Positions 9,305-19,587 of a stretch of DNA of 51,697 nt are shown piece after piece. A program made the position numbers and the translations under genes. Source of the stretch: Legionellaceae bacterium. Lineage in GTDB: Bacteria; Pseudomonadota; Gammaproteobacteria; CBCSKA01. Under the pieces are notes generated by a model. It had not been told where the DNA came from, made no database searches, and was given only the letters and a program-made list of their open reading frames with translations. Numbering within the stretch: position 1 is the first letter of the stretch; every line of letters starts with the position of its first letter. Where the stretch lies: positions 1 to 51,697 of the forward strand of contig CBCSKA010000148.1 in assembly GCA_965140885.1 (NCBI GenBank), written 5' to 3'.

Positions 9305-10546
9305 TTAGTTAGGTTTGTTCTGTTTAGTATCGGAAGAATTATCCATTGGCTGTTTATGCTTAAACACCTTATTTACAGCTTCTATCATATTTTGATTATT
9401 GTGAGGCGTATCTTCGGAAGTCTTATGCTCTATTTTTTCCTTAGCTTCAGACACCGTTTCATGAAACTTTTTAGCACGGTCACTTCTTTTTAAATCTACA
9501 ACCCTTGTTTGCGTGGATTCTTGTTTTTGCATATCTTCAAGTCTTTGCTTAACTGGATTTTCATTTACTTGTTCCTTTTCTAGATTATTATGTTCACTTT
9601 CAATTTTAGATGGAGGCTTCGTTTCAGTATTAGAATTGTTTACAATTTTAGATAGAGACTTCGTTTCAGTATTAGAATTGTTTACAATTTTTTTCAATTC
9701 GGTAAATAAATTTGTCAGCTTATCTGTTGTTTTTTTAATTAAATCAGAAATAAACTTGTCTCCTATGTTTGCAAATGAAGGGAAACCATTTTCAATATTT
9801 TCATTTATTGAAACATTACCCTTAGTGTCATTAGATGTTTTTTGAGCTTTTTCAGCAGGGTTTTCTTCTATAGCTATTATTTCATTCATCAAATTATCAA
9901 CTTCAGTGATTACCTCTTTTTGAAAGTTATCTAGATCTTCGTTTAATCCTGTAACTGAAGATATATCTTTCTTCTTTTCAGCATTATTTTCCTGTATCTC
10001 TTCTTTCACTTTTTTAAATATATTCTCACTTGAAAAAGATTTTTTTGCTTCTAATAATGTCTCTTTCGCAGTATTTAAAATTTGAATTATATTTTTTATT
10101 GAAAAATCAATGATCTTTGATGTATTTTCATTGATTTTTTGATTTTCACTATGTTCCGCTATCTTCGCTTTTAAGTTTTCGCCTTTCCTGTTAATTTTTG
10201 CAATAAAAGATTCAAATTTGTCATCTATTTCTTGAATTTTACTTTTTTCTACACCGTAAACGATCTCCTTTAACGCTTCACTTATTTTTGTTAACAATTC
10301 TTCTTTGGATTCATTAGTGATATCGGGAGCATTCTGTGCTGCTTTTCTTTTAAATAAAGTTACTTTGTCCTCAGCCATTTCTACAGACTGCTTAAAATAA
10401 GCTATCAACCCTTTATCCTCTCCATTCATCTCCTTTGAATCATACTTTGAAAGCATCGCTTTAACCAATTCGTCTACTGTCTTCTTAATAGATTCTTCTA
10501 ATTCTTCCGCTAATTTTATTTTTGCTTCTATTGATAAACCGGCCAT
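9305..10546 (-). CDS. hypothetical Glu/Lys/Asn-rich, predicted coiled-coil protein with an internal 14-aa tandem repeat
   Basis: 413-aa ORF with no recognisable enzymatic motif, no signal peptide and no TM segment. Repeat KIVNNSNTETK(S/P)(L/P)S x2. Composition resembles secreted effectors of intracellular bacteria. Confidence 0.6.
   Translation of the reverse strand: MAGLSIEAKIKLAEELEESIKKTVDELVKAMLSKYDSKEMNGEDKGLIAYFKQSVEMAEDKVTLFKRKAAQNAPDITNESKEELLTKISEALKEIVYGVEKSKIQEIDDKFESFIAKINRKGENLKAKIAEHSENQKINENTSKIIDFSIKNIIQILNTAKETLLEAKKSFSSENIFKKVKEEIQENNAEKKKDISSVTGLNEDLDNFQKEVITEVDNLMNEIIAIEENPAEKAQKTSNDTKGNVSINENIENGFPSFANIGDKFISDLIKKTTDKLTNLFTELKKIVNNSNTETKSLSKIVNNSNTETKPPSKIESEHNNLEKEQVNENPVKQRLEDMQKQESTQTRVVDLKRSDRAKKFHETVSEAKEKIEHKTSEDTPHNNQNMIEAVNKVFKHKQPMDNSSDTKQNKPN
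9601..9684. repeat. 2 x 42-bp tandem repeat inside the 9305-10546 ORF
   Basis: Units 9601-9642 and 9643-9684 differ at 2 positions, and a partial third unit starts at 9685. The period is in frame (14 aa). Confidence 0.9.
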
Positions 10547-10739
10547 AATAAATACTCCTTATAATTAGTCTCATTTACATTATTGCTATTTTTGTAACTC
10601 TATATTACTAAGTATATCTTTAAAAAACATTAAGTCATAAAAATTCATTTTTTTTAGAAGTATTTTTATTCAAAAGGCTTGTAATAAAATTTAACAACGC
10701 TAATCTTATTCATCTTTAATTTAATTCAATGAAAACGGT

Positions 10740-12755
10740 ATGTCTAATCTAAATCCCCAACAGTCTCAAGCAGTCCATTACATAGATACACCTTTACTCG
10801 TGCTTGCTGGCGCAGGAAGTGGTAAAACACGTGTTATTACTCAAAAAATTGTTTACTTAATGCAAACCTGTGGTATCAACCCTCGTCATATTATTGCCGT
10901 AACCTTTACCAATAAAGCTGCAAAAGAAATGAAAGAAAGAGTGAATACCTTATTAGCGGGACAAAAAAATCGGGGTTTAATGATTTCAACTTTCCATCAA
11001 TTAGGCTTAGCATTAATTCGGCAAGAATTAACATCTTTAGGCTTAAAATCAGGATTTTCCATATTCGATACCCATGATGCGATAACATTATTAAAAAATT
11101 TATTACCCGATACAGATACTAAATTACTTGAACAACTGCAACATAAGATATCGCAGTGGAAAAATGATTTGATAGAACCCAAACAAGCCATATTATTAGC
11201 GCAAAATGAAATTGAAGAATGTGCCGCTAAAGTTTATATTGATTATAATCGCCACTTACGGGCATATAATGCAGTGGATTTTGATGATTTGATTGGCTTA
11301 CCCGTAACCTTATTACGAACCCATAGTGAAATTAAAGAACGCTGGCAAAATAAAGTACGTTATCTGTTAGTGGATGAATATCAAGATACAAATACAGCAC
11401 AGTATGAATTTATCAAACTTATTACGGGTGCTCGAGGCGCTTTCACCGTCGTCGGTGATGATGATCAATCTGTGTATGCTTGGCGCGGAGCAAAACCTGA
11501 AAATTTAGCCTTACTACAACAAGATTATCCTCAGTTAAAAATTATTAAATTAGAACAAAATTATCGTTCTGTTGCTAGGATACTTAAATCAGCGAATCAA
11601 TTAATCAGCCATAATACACATTTATTTGAAAAAAAATTATGGAGCAACCTAGGGTTTGGCGATCCTATACGAGTCATAGCCACAAAAGATGAGGAAGATG
11701 AAGCGGAAAGAGTCGTGACTGAATTGATTAGTCACCGCTTTAAACATCAAACTCAGTATCAAGATTACGCTATTTTATACCGAAGTAATCACCAATCACG
11801 TAATTTTGAAAAAGCCCTTCGACATTTTCGTATTCCTTATGCTTTAAGTGGTGGAACTTCATTTTTTGCGCGTACAGAAATTAAAGATATCATGGCGTAT
11901 TTAAAGCTCATGGTAAATACACAAGATGATAATGCTTTTTTACGCATTATTAATGCTCCTCGTCGAGGAATAGGCCCTTCAACATTAGAAGCCCTTGGCC
12001 ATTATGCCGCCCAACGCGAAATTAGTTTGTTTGACGCAACATTTGAAATGGGATTACATCAATTTTTACCTGATACCGCCATTGAGAAATTGCAACAATT
12101 TACTCATTGGTTAAATTTAGTCAGTGATAATGCCATTCGTGGAAATACCATTGAAGTAATCAACGATATGGTTAAAACCATAGGTTATGAAACCTGGTTA
12201 TTTGATAATAGTAGTAATCCAACTGCCGCAGAAAAACGTATGGCCAATGTGTATGAATTATTAGCCTGGCTAAAACGCATGTTGGAAAATGACGATGGAA
12301 AAGAGGTAACGTTAGAAGAAGTGATTAATAAAATGATTTTAATTGATATGCTGGAACAACAAAATGAAAATGAAATACGCGACCAAGTCCAATTAATGAC
12401 ATTTCATGCAGCTAAAGGCTTAGAATTTCCTCATGTATTTCTAGTCGGTATGGAAGAAGAAATACTACCTCATCGTACTAATATTGAAGAAGATCAAATT
12501 GAAGAAGAACGCCGTTTAGCTTATGTTGGTATAACCCGTGCTAAACGAAGTTTAACGATAACCTTCACAAATCAACGTAAACGCTTTGGAGAATTGAATA
12601 CTAATGAGCCTAGTCGTTTTTTAATGGAACTTCCGCAAGAAGATTTAGAATGGGAAGGATATAAATTCGTATCTAATCCCGAAAAAAGTGAAAAACGTGC
12701 GGAAGATTATTTAGCTAGTTTGCGTCATTTATTAAATAACACTACATCGACCTAA
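10740..12755 (+). CDS. rep: ATP-dependent DNA helicase Rep (UvrD/Rep superfamily 1)
   Basis: 671 aa, colinear with E. coli Rep (LVLAGAGSGKTRVIT, AVTFTNKAAKEMKERV, YLLVDEYQDTN, KLEQNYRS, QLMTFHAAKGLEFPHVFLVGMEE, RRLAYVGITRA). Confidence 0.9.
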   Translation: MSNLNPQQSQAVHYIDTPLLVLAGAGSGKTRVITQKIVYLMQTCGINPRHIIAVTFTNKAAKEMKERVNTLLAGQKNRGLMISTFHQLGLALIRQELTSLGLKSGFSIFDTHDAITLLKNLLPDTDTKLLEQLQHKISQWKNDLIEPKQAILLAQNEIEECAAKVYIDYNRHLRAYNAVDFDDLIGLPVTLLRTHSEIKERWQNKVRYLLVDEYQDTNTAQYEFIKLITGARGAFTVVGDDDQSVYAWRGAKPENLALLQQDYPQLKIIKLEQNYRSVARILKSANQLISHNTHLFEKKLWSNLGFGDPIRVIATKDEEDEAERVVTELISHRFKHQTQYQDYAILYRSNHQSRNFEKALRHFRIPYALSGGTSFFARTEIKDIMAYLKLMVNTQDDNAFLRIINAPRRGIGPSTLEALGHYAAQREISLFDATFEMGLHQFLPDTAIEKLQQFTHWLNLVSDNAIRGNTIEVINDMVKTIGYETWLFDNSSNPTAAEKRMANVYELLAWLKRMLENDDGKEVTLEEVINKMILIDMLEQQNENEIRDQVQLMTFHAAKGLEFPHVFLVGMEEEILPHRTNIEEDQIEEERRLAYVGITRAKRSLTITFTNQRKRFGELNTNEPSRFLMELPQEDLEWEGYKFVSNPEKSEKRAEDYLASLRHLLNNTTST

Positions 12756-13024
12756 TATAATAAGGTGAAATTATATTTTCGAAACTCACCTATTGCTTCA
12801 ATGAAATTGAACGAAAAAAATCGTTAACACATACATTATTATATATAAAAATGGACTATCCCTATCTGAGATTAGAATTTAGCGATGAACCATTTATGAT
12901 TAAATTTGAGGGTAGAATCTAAATGCCTAGGATTAAATTTGCACAATTTGTTGGAAAGACCCTAAAAATATTTCACATAACTAGTTTCTGAAATTACTTT
13001 GTAAAAATATTTATACTCTTTATG

Positions 13025-13062
13025 AAAAAAAGCCTCTGCTTTTTATCGCAGAGGCTTTTTTA
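13025..13062. terminator. bidirectional rho-independent terminator between convergent rep and groEL
   Basis: AAAAAA-AGCCTCTGC-tttttatc-GCAGAGGCT-TTTTT: a 9-bp GC-rich stem flanked by an A-run and a T-run. Confidence 0.8.
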
Positions 13063-13096
13063 GTTTGTAATGTTTGAGTCTTGGGAAATGACTTAA

Positions 13097-14770
<1,674 letters not shown>

Positions 14771-14804
14771 TTAAATAAACTGAGAATCGATGTGTTTTAT
14801 TTAA

Positions 14805-15095
14805 TTAACCTTCGATAACACCCATAATATCTTCTTCGCGCATGACTAATAATTCTTTATTGTCAATTTTAACTTCTGTGCCAGCATATTTGCCAAATAA
14901 TACAATATCCCCTACTTTAAGACTTACAGCACGAACTTGCCCGTTATCTAATAATTTTCCATTACCAACAGCACAAACTTTACCGCGCATGGGTTTTTCT
15001 TTTGCCGTATCAGGAATTAAAATACCTCCTGCTGTACGTTCATTCTCTTCTAAACGCTCAACAATAACCCGATCTTGTAAAGGACGTATATTCAT
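14805..15095 (-). CDS. groES: co-chaperonin GroES
   Basis: 96 aa, [35 protein letters not shown], a canonical GroES. Confidence 0.97.
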   Translation of the reverse strand: MNIRPLQDRVIVERLEENERTAGGILIPDTAKEKPMRGKVCAVGNGKLLDNGQVRAVSLKVGDIVLFGKYAGTEVKIDNKELLVMREEDIMGVIEG

Positions 15096-15160
15096 ATAGT
15101 TCTCCTAATCAACTAAAGATTTTTAAAAAACTTGTTAACATAATAAAATAGTTTGAGAGC

Positions 15161-15187
15161 TTAGCACTCTCTTATAATGAGTGCTAA
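15161..15187 (-). promoter_or_regulatory. CIRCE operator (HrcA binding site) of groESL
   Basis: Perfect TTAGCACTC-N9-GAGTGCTAA inverted repeat, 66 nt upstream of the groES ATG. Confidence 0.9.
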
Positions 15188-15214
15188 TGATAACGTGATT
15201 ACTGATTTAGTCAA
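15187..15214 (-). promoter_or_regulatory. sigma70-type groESL promoter overlapping CIRCE
   Basis: Minus strand TTGACT (15214-15209), 16 nt, TATCAT (15192-15187). The -10 abuts the CIRCE arm, which is the classical HrcA-repressed layout. Confidence 0.55.
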
Positions 15215-15243
15215 GTCTTTTAATCAGCACAAAAAAAGATTAT

Positions 15244-15507
15244 CGATAGTGTCGCCATTTTTGAGGCCCCTTTTGGGACATCCAAGTCCCCAAAAGGGAC
15301 AAAAATTGTCGACAAGTATGCCTGCGGCAGCCCTGGCCGTCCTGCGTACGCTCGTTATGACACGACTAGGTGTCATAACTTCACTTCCACAAATGACTTG
15401 TCGACCGTGTTGTGGACCTTATATTTTGCCTTCGGCAAAACATCCGGTACTACGGTCTACCAGGGACTATCGGCCTCGCTCCTTCGTCGCTTCCTTGGCC
15501 GACAGCG
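15244..15507 (+). repeat. GC-rich structured dispersed repeat, copy 1 (264 nt)
   Basis: 4 substitutions relative to copy 2 over 264 nt, with unrelated flanks. Intergenic between the groESL promoter and the dapD 3' end. Confidence 0.95.
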
Positions 15508-15588
15508 TTAGTATTTAAAATAAACCCCGTAAAATTTATTAAACCCTATAAAATACTGAAGATTTGCCATTTTTATTATTTTCTATTT

Positions 15589-16407
15589 TTATAAACGCAG
15601 TAATTCATTAATAGAAACTTTACTTCGGGTTTTTTCATCTACTTGCTTAACTATAACGGCACAATAAAGGCTATGTGTTCCATCTTCTGAAGGTAAATTA
15701 CCCGATACAACAACTGAACCCGCGGGAATACGCCCATAAGTAATTTCACCCGTTAATCGATTATAAATACGGGTACTTTGTCCTATATAAACTCCCATAG
15801 ATATTACAGCACCTTCTTCAACAATAACACCTTCTACAATTTCGGAACGAGCACCAATAAAGCAATTATCTTCAATAATAGTGGGGTTTGCCTGTAAAGG
15901 TTCTAAAACACCGCCAATTCCAACGCCACCTGATAAATGTACATTTTTTCCAATTTGTGCGCAGGAACCAACAGTTGCCCACGTATCCACCATAGAACCA
16001 CTATCAACATAAGCACCAATATTAATGTAAGAAGGCATGACTATCGTATTCGAAGCAATAAAAGCCCCTTTTCTTACACAAGCTGGGGGAACGATTCTAA
16101 TGCCATCAGCAATAAATTCATCTGTCGTGTAATCAGTGTACTTTAAAGGAACTTTGTCATAAAATTGTGTAAAATTTCCAGAAATGACTTGATTAGCTTC
16201 CAAACGAAAAAATAATAAAATAGCTTTTTTTATCCATTGATTAACTATCCAACCATTAGTCGATTTTTCAGCTACACGCAAAATACCTGTATTTAATAAA
16301 TGTATCACTTCTAATACAGCTTCTTTTACAACAATATCAACCTTATTTGGAGAATATTCCATTCTACATTCAAAGGCGTTTTCTATAATTCTTTCTAAAT
16401 CCTGCAT
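15589..16407 (-). CDS. dapD: 2,3,4,5-tetrahydropyridine-2,6-dicarboxylate N-succinyltransferase
   Basis: Colinear with E. coli DapD ([64 protein letters not shown]). ATG at 16407 ([13 protein letters not shown]) has GGAGA upstream; the ORF track starts at 16422. Confidence 0.96.
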   Translation of the reverse strand: MQDLERIIENAFECRMEYSPNKVDIVVKEAVLEVIHLLNTGILRVAEKSTNGWIVNQWIKKAILLFFRLEANQVISGNFTQFYDKVPLKYTDYTTDEFIADGIRIVPPACVRKGAFIASNTIVMPSYINIGAYVDSGSMVDTWATVGSCAQIGKNVHLSGGVGIGGVLEPLQANPTIIEDNCFIGARSEIVEGVIVEEGAVISMGVYIGQSTRIYNRLTGEITYGRIPAGSVVVSGNLPSEDGTHSLYCAVIVKQVDEKTRSKVSINELLRL

Positions 16408-16548
16408 TAAATTTATCTCCATTACTTTATGAGTAAAACTGACTGAGGTTTACATTTTTTTTCATTCAATAAATAAGAATTTTATAGTATATTACCCTCA
16501 TAAATTAAAATCACCATAATAATATTAATCACTATAAACGAGGACATT

Positions 16549-17676
16549 ATGCCAGCTCAAAAAAATTTGCCTCTATCTAAACCTACCTCTAACGCTACTA
16601 GTGACTTAACAAAGCAAGAAAATAAAATTGTTGAAAATAATATCGAAACTATGCACGAGCTATATCAACATTTAAATAATAAATTTAACATTGTATTAGC
16701 AAATAACACTGAATTTAAATTAATTAAAATCAATAATTTTATACAAAAAGATAGTCAAAAAAAATATACAGAATTTGGATATATGGGAAATGAAAACCCT
16801 ATTTATATTACGTCTCATAGTTTTAATCACACTCAAATTTCACTCGATAAAAATGAAATGACTTATGTTGATGGCTTACAAGCAATTAAAACTTATAGTA
16901 AAAACAATGAATTATTTGATAACACTAATGAAGCCTATATTGTAATACCTTTATTTAATAAAAATTCTTTTGGTTTAGGGATTGCTAAAGTAAAAAAATA
17001 TACGGATGAAATGGATTTTCAACTCATGACTTTATTTACTAATGCTATTTCTCCCTTCTCGTCATTTTATTATAAAAATGAAATAGCAAATGCCTGTAAA
17101 AAACAAGAAATGCAGTATCAAGGAACTTTTTATGCAAAAAATTCTTTAGCAATGTCTAATTCACTTAATACGGGTGCGGATATTCTAAAAAAAATAACCG
17201 ATGTTATTGATGGAAAATTAAATTTAGCACTGGCATTTGACCAATTTAAATCCCAAAAAGAAAAAAAACAAAATGAAGAAAAATTAATAAATAAGACATA
17301 TGATATTTTTTCCTTTCCTTTAGGGGTTATAGCTTTATTAGGTGGCGGCGCATTTCTTGGTTTAGCATTGACAATTATACCGACTGTATTACCCCTTGCC
17401 ATTCTCTTTTTTAGTGTAGGAATAGGCACATTATTATTAGCCTATCCTCTTATTTATTCTATGGGTAAAAGCTTGTTTCCTGGCAGTGGCATTGATGTTA
17501 CACAATTATATAAACGCTTAACTGCTACCGCTGATTCTGAACAAAAACAACCACCCCAAATTATATCTACTAATAACAAGATACTACACTCAACTATCGT
17601 TCAAAACCCAACAGTTAATAATACTGAAAACCATACTGAAAAAAAGAGTGAAGAAAAGAAACTTAGCTTAAATTAA
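16549..17676 (+). CDS. hypothetical protein with a C-terminal bilobed hydrophobic hairpin (Inc-like membrane protein)
   Basis: 375-aa ORF with an Asn/Lys-rich N-terminal domain. It has a roughly 55-aa uninterrupted hydrophobic stretch (FPLGVIALLGGGAFLGLALTIIPTVLPLAILFFSVGIGTLLLAYPLIY) followed by a polar tail. I recognised no homologue. Confidence 0.6.
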   Translation: MPAQKNLPLSKPTSNATSDLTKQENKIVENNIETMHELYQHLNNKFNIVLANNTEFKLIKINNFIQKDSQKKYTEFGYMGNENPIYITSHSFNHTQISLDKNEMTYVDGLQAIKTYSKNNELFDNTNEAYIVIPLFNKNSFGLGIAKVKKYTDEMDFQLMTLFTNAISPFSSFYYKNEIANACKKQEMQYQGTFYAKNSLAMSNSLNTGADILKKITDVIDGKLNLALAFDQFKSQKEKKQNEEKLINKTYDIFSFPLGVIALLGGGAFLGLALTIIPTVLPLAILFFSVGIGTLLLAYPLIYSMGKSLFPGSGIDVTQLYKRLTATADSEQKQPPQIISTNNKILHSTIVQNPTVNNTENHTEKKSEEKKLSLN

Positions 17677-17700
17677 ATAAAATTTTAGTAAAAAATATGA

Positions 17701-18918
17701 TTAGTCTTCTTTGATTTTAGATTCAAAATGTGGCAGAGCGACATAAAAAATAGCCCCTTTATTTTGTTCTGCTTCCGCCCAAATTCGACCTCCATGCCGT
17801 TGAATAATACGCTGCGCTGTCGCTAAACCTATACCTGTACCTTCGAATTCTTTTTGACTATGTAATCGTTGAAATACGCTAAATAATTTATCACTGTATT
17901 TCATACTAAAACCAACGCCATTATCTTTAATCATAATAATGACTTCTTCATTAGCTAAATAGGTATTAATAGTGATTTGTGTTTGAGGCTGATAACGCGT
18001 AAATTTAATCGCATTACTGATTAAATTTGAAAATACTTGATATAACATTGCTTTATCAGCATAAATTAAAGGTAATGGTTCGATATTCCAATCAATGTGG
18101 CGATTTTGACATTCGGGCACTAAATCTTCACAAATATGATTAATTAATTCATTTAAGTTAAAACTTTGTTTTTGGATTTCTAAACCTGCCGTGCGGGAAA
18201 ATTGTAATAAATCATCTACTAAGCTTTGCATACGCTTTGTAGATTCCGTTATTATACTAATATAACGATTACCTTTTTCATCCAATTGTTCAGCTAAATG
18301 AAAAGCTAATAAACCTATAAAACTTCCAATATGGCGTAAGGGAGTATGTAAATCATGTGAAACTGAATAACTAAAAGCTTCTAATTCTTGATTCGCTAAT
18401 TCTAATTGTACAGTACGTTCCTTAACCCGTTGCTCTACTTCTTCATAAAGTCTTGTTACTTCTTCTTGTGCTCGTTTTTGCTCATCAATATCTGTAGCGG
18501 TACCTACCCATTTCACAATATACCCTTTTTCATTTCTTATCGGTGCACCACGACTTAAATGCCAACGATAAAGTCCATCAGTGATATTTTTATATCGAAT
18601 TTCCATTTCATACTTTTCACCCTGCAAATGCGCTTTTTCTAAACATTGAATATATCCCGGAATATCATCCTGATGCATGATTTTTTGCCAGCCCGTGCCT
18701 TGGGCTTCTTCAAATGTTTGCCCTGAATAATCAAACCAGCGAGAATTAATATAATCGAGATAACCTTCAGGATCCGCCGTCCATACAATATGTGAAATAT
18801 ATTCAGCTAATGTATGAAACCGTTCGTTTTGTTCATTTATTACTATTTTGGGTTGAGTTAACATAGTTGGCATTATCCTATTACTTATTCTTCCTTGTGC
18901 TTTTTGTTTATTCTTCAA
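17701..18918 (-). CDS. soluble PAS-domain sensor histidine kinase
   Basis: 405 aa with a PAS region (VWTADPEGYLDYINSRWFDYSGQTFEE, YRWHLSRGAPIRNEKGYIVKWVGTATDI), H-box FSYSVSHDLHTPL, N-box LISNAIKF and G-box DNGVGF/GTGIGL. No TM segment and no adjacent response regulator. Confidence 0.88.
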   Translation of the reverse strand: MKNKQKAQGRISNRIMPTMLTQPKIVINEQNERFHTLAEYISHIVWTADPEGYLDYINSRWFDYSGQTFEEAQGTGWQKIMHQDDIPGYIQCLEKAHLQGEKYEMEIRYKNITDGLYRWHLSRGAPIRNEKGYIVKWVGTATDIDEQKRAQEEVTRLYEEVEQRVKERTVQLELANQELEAFSYSVSHDLHTPLRHIGSFIGLLAFHLAEQLDEKGNRYISIITESTKRMQSLVDDLLQFSRTAGLEIQKQSFNLNELINHICEDLVPECQNRHIDWNIEPLPLIYADKAMLYQVFSNLISNAIKFTRYQPQTQITINTYLANEEVIIMIKDNGVGFSMKYSDKLFSVFQRLHSQKEFEGTGIGLATAQRIIQRHGGRIWAEAEQNKGAIFYVALPHFESKIKED

Positions 18919-19255
18919 TAAAATACTTTTGTGGGGATTTCAGGTAAACATAAGGACGCTATTCTAACGTGTAGTTTTAATACAAGTAATTAGGGTTATA
19001 ACTAGGAATCATAAATTCTTTTAATAAAATTAACTATTAAACTCTTAGTGATATATAAAAATTAATGAAAACTTTTTTCACACGTTTCTTGATGTAATCA
19101 ATGATATTTACAAAATAATTCTGGAAAAAGGAGTAAATCAAAAAAAAATTACACATAGTGTTTTATAAAAACTTCAAATTAACACATTTCACTAATAATG
19201 TTTGGGTAACAAAAATATTCTAAAATAAATTTGAATACGAGCAGAAACTATAAAA

Positions 19256-19303
19256 GATAAAAAGATAAAAAGATAAAAAGATAAAAAGATAAAAAGATAA
19301 AAA
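19256..19303. repeat. (GATAAAAA)x6 tandem octanucleotide repeat
   Basis: Six perfect 8-bp units in the 670-bp gap between the histidine-kinase start and the rluC stop. Confidence 0.95.
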
Positions 19304-19361
19304 TATGATTTTGGCTAATTACACTTTGAAATAATAATGGTTTACAAACGTGATTGATTAA

Positions 19362-19393
19362 CCCCAAATACCACGACTTTGGGGCTTTATTTT
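19362..19393 (+). terminator. orphan plus-strand rho-independent terminator-like hairpin
   Basis: CCCCAAA-taccacgac-TTTGGGG followed by CTTTATTTT. There is no annotated plus-strand gene upstream within 1.6 kb. Confidence 0.45.
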
Positions 19394-19587
19394 AGTCACC
19401 CTTAAGCAAAGCTAAAATACGACTAAAAAGTTTTAACATTATTAATAAATTAATTTCTAAAACTTTTTAAATTTAAAAAAAATTTATACAAACATAAAAC
19501 ACTTTATTAAAACGTTGCTTAAACAAAATATAATAAAAAATCTATTTAATATTAGCGTAAAATCTTACTTATTTGAGTATAAACAAT

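Noticed and set aside
9601-9684. Tandem repeats (42-bp, 12-bp at 22931-22990, 8-bp at 19256-19303) considered as CRISPR-like arrays
   Set aside because: The units are directly adjacent with no unique spacers. Two of the arrays are in-frame inside genes, and no cas genes are present.
12898-12941. Direct repeat GATTAAATTTG x2 and mini-ORFs (MIKFEGRI, MPRIKFAQFVGK...) in the rep-groEL spacer, considered as a decayed toxin-antitoxin or gene remnant
   Set aside because: Only an 11-nt match in very AT-rich DNA. There is no extended ORF, no recognisable family, and nothing further to support it.
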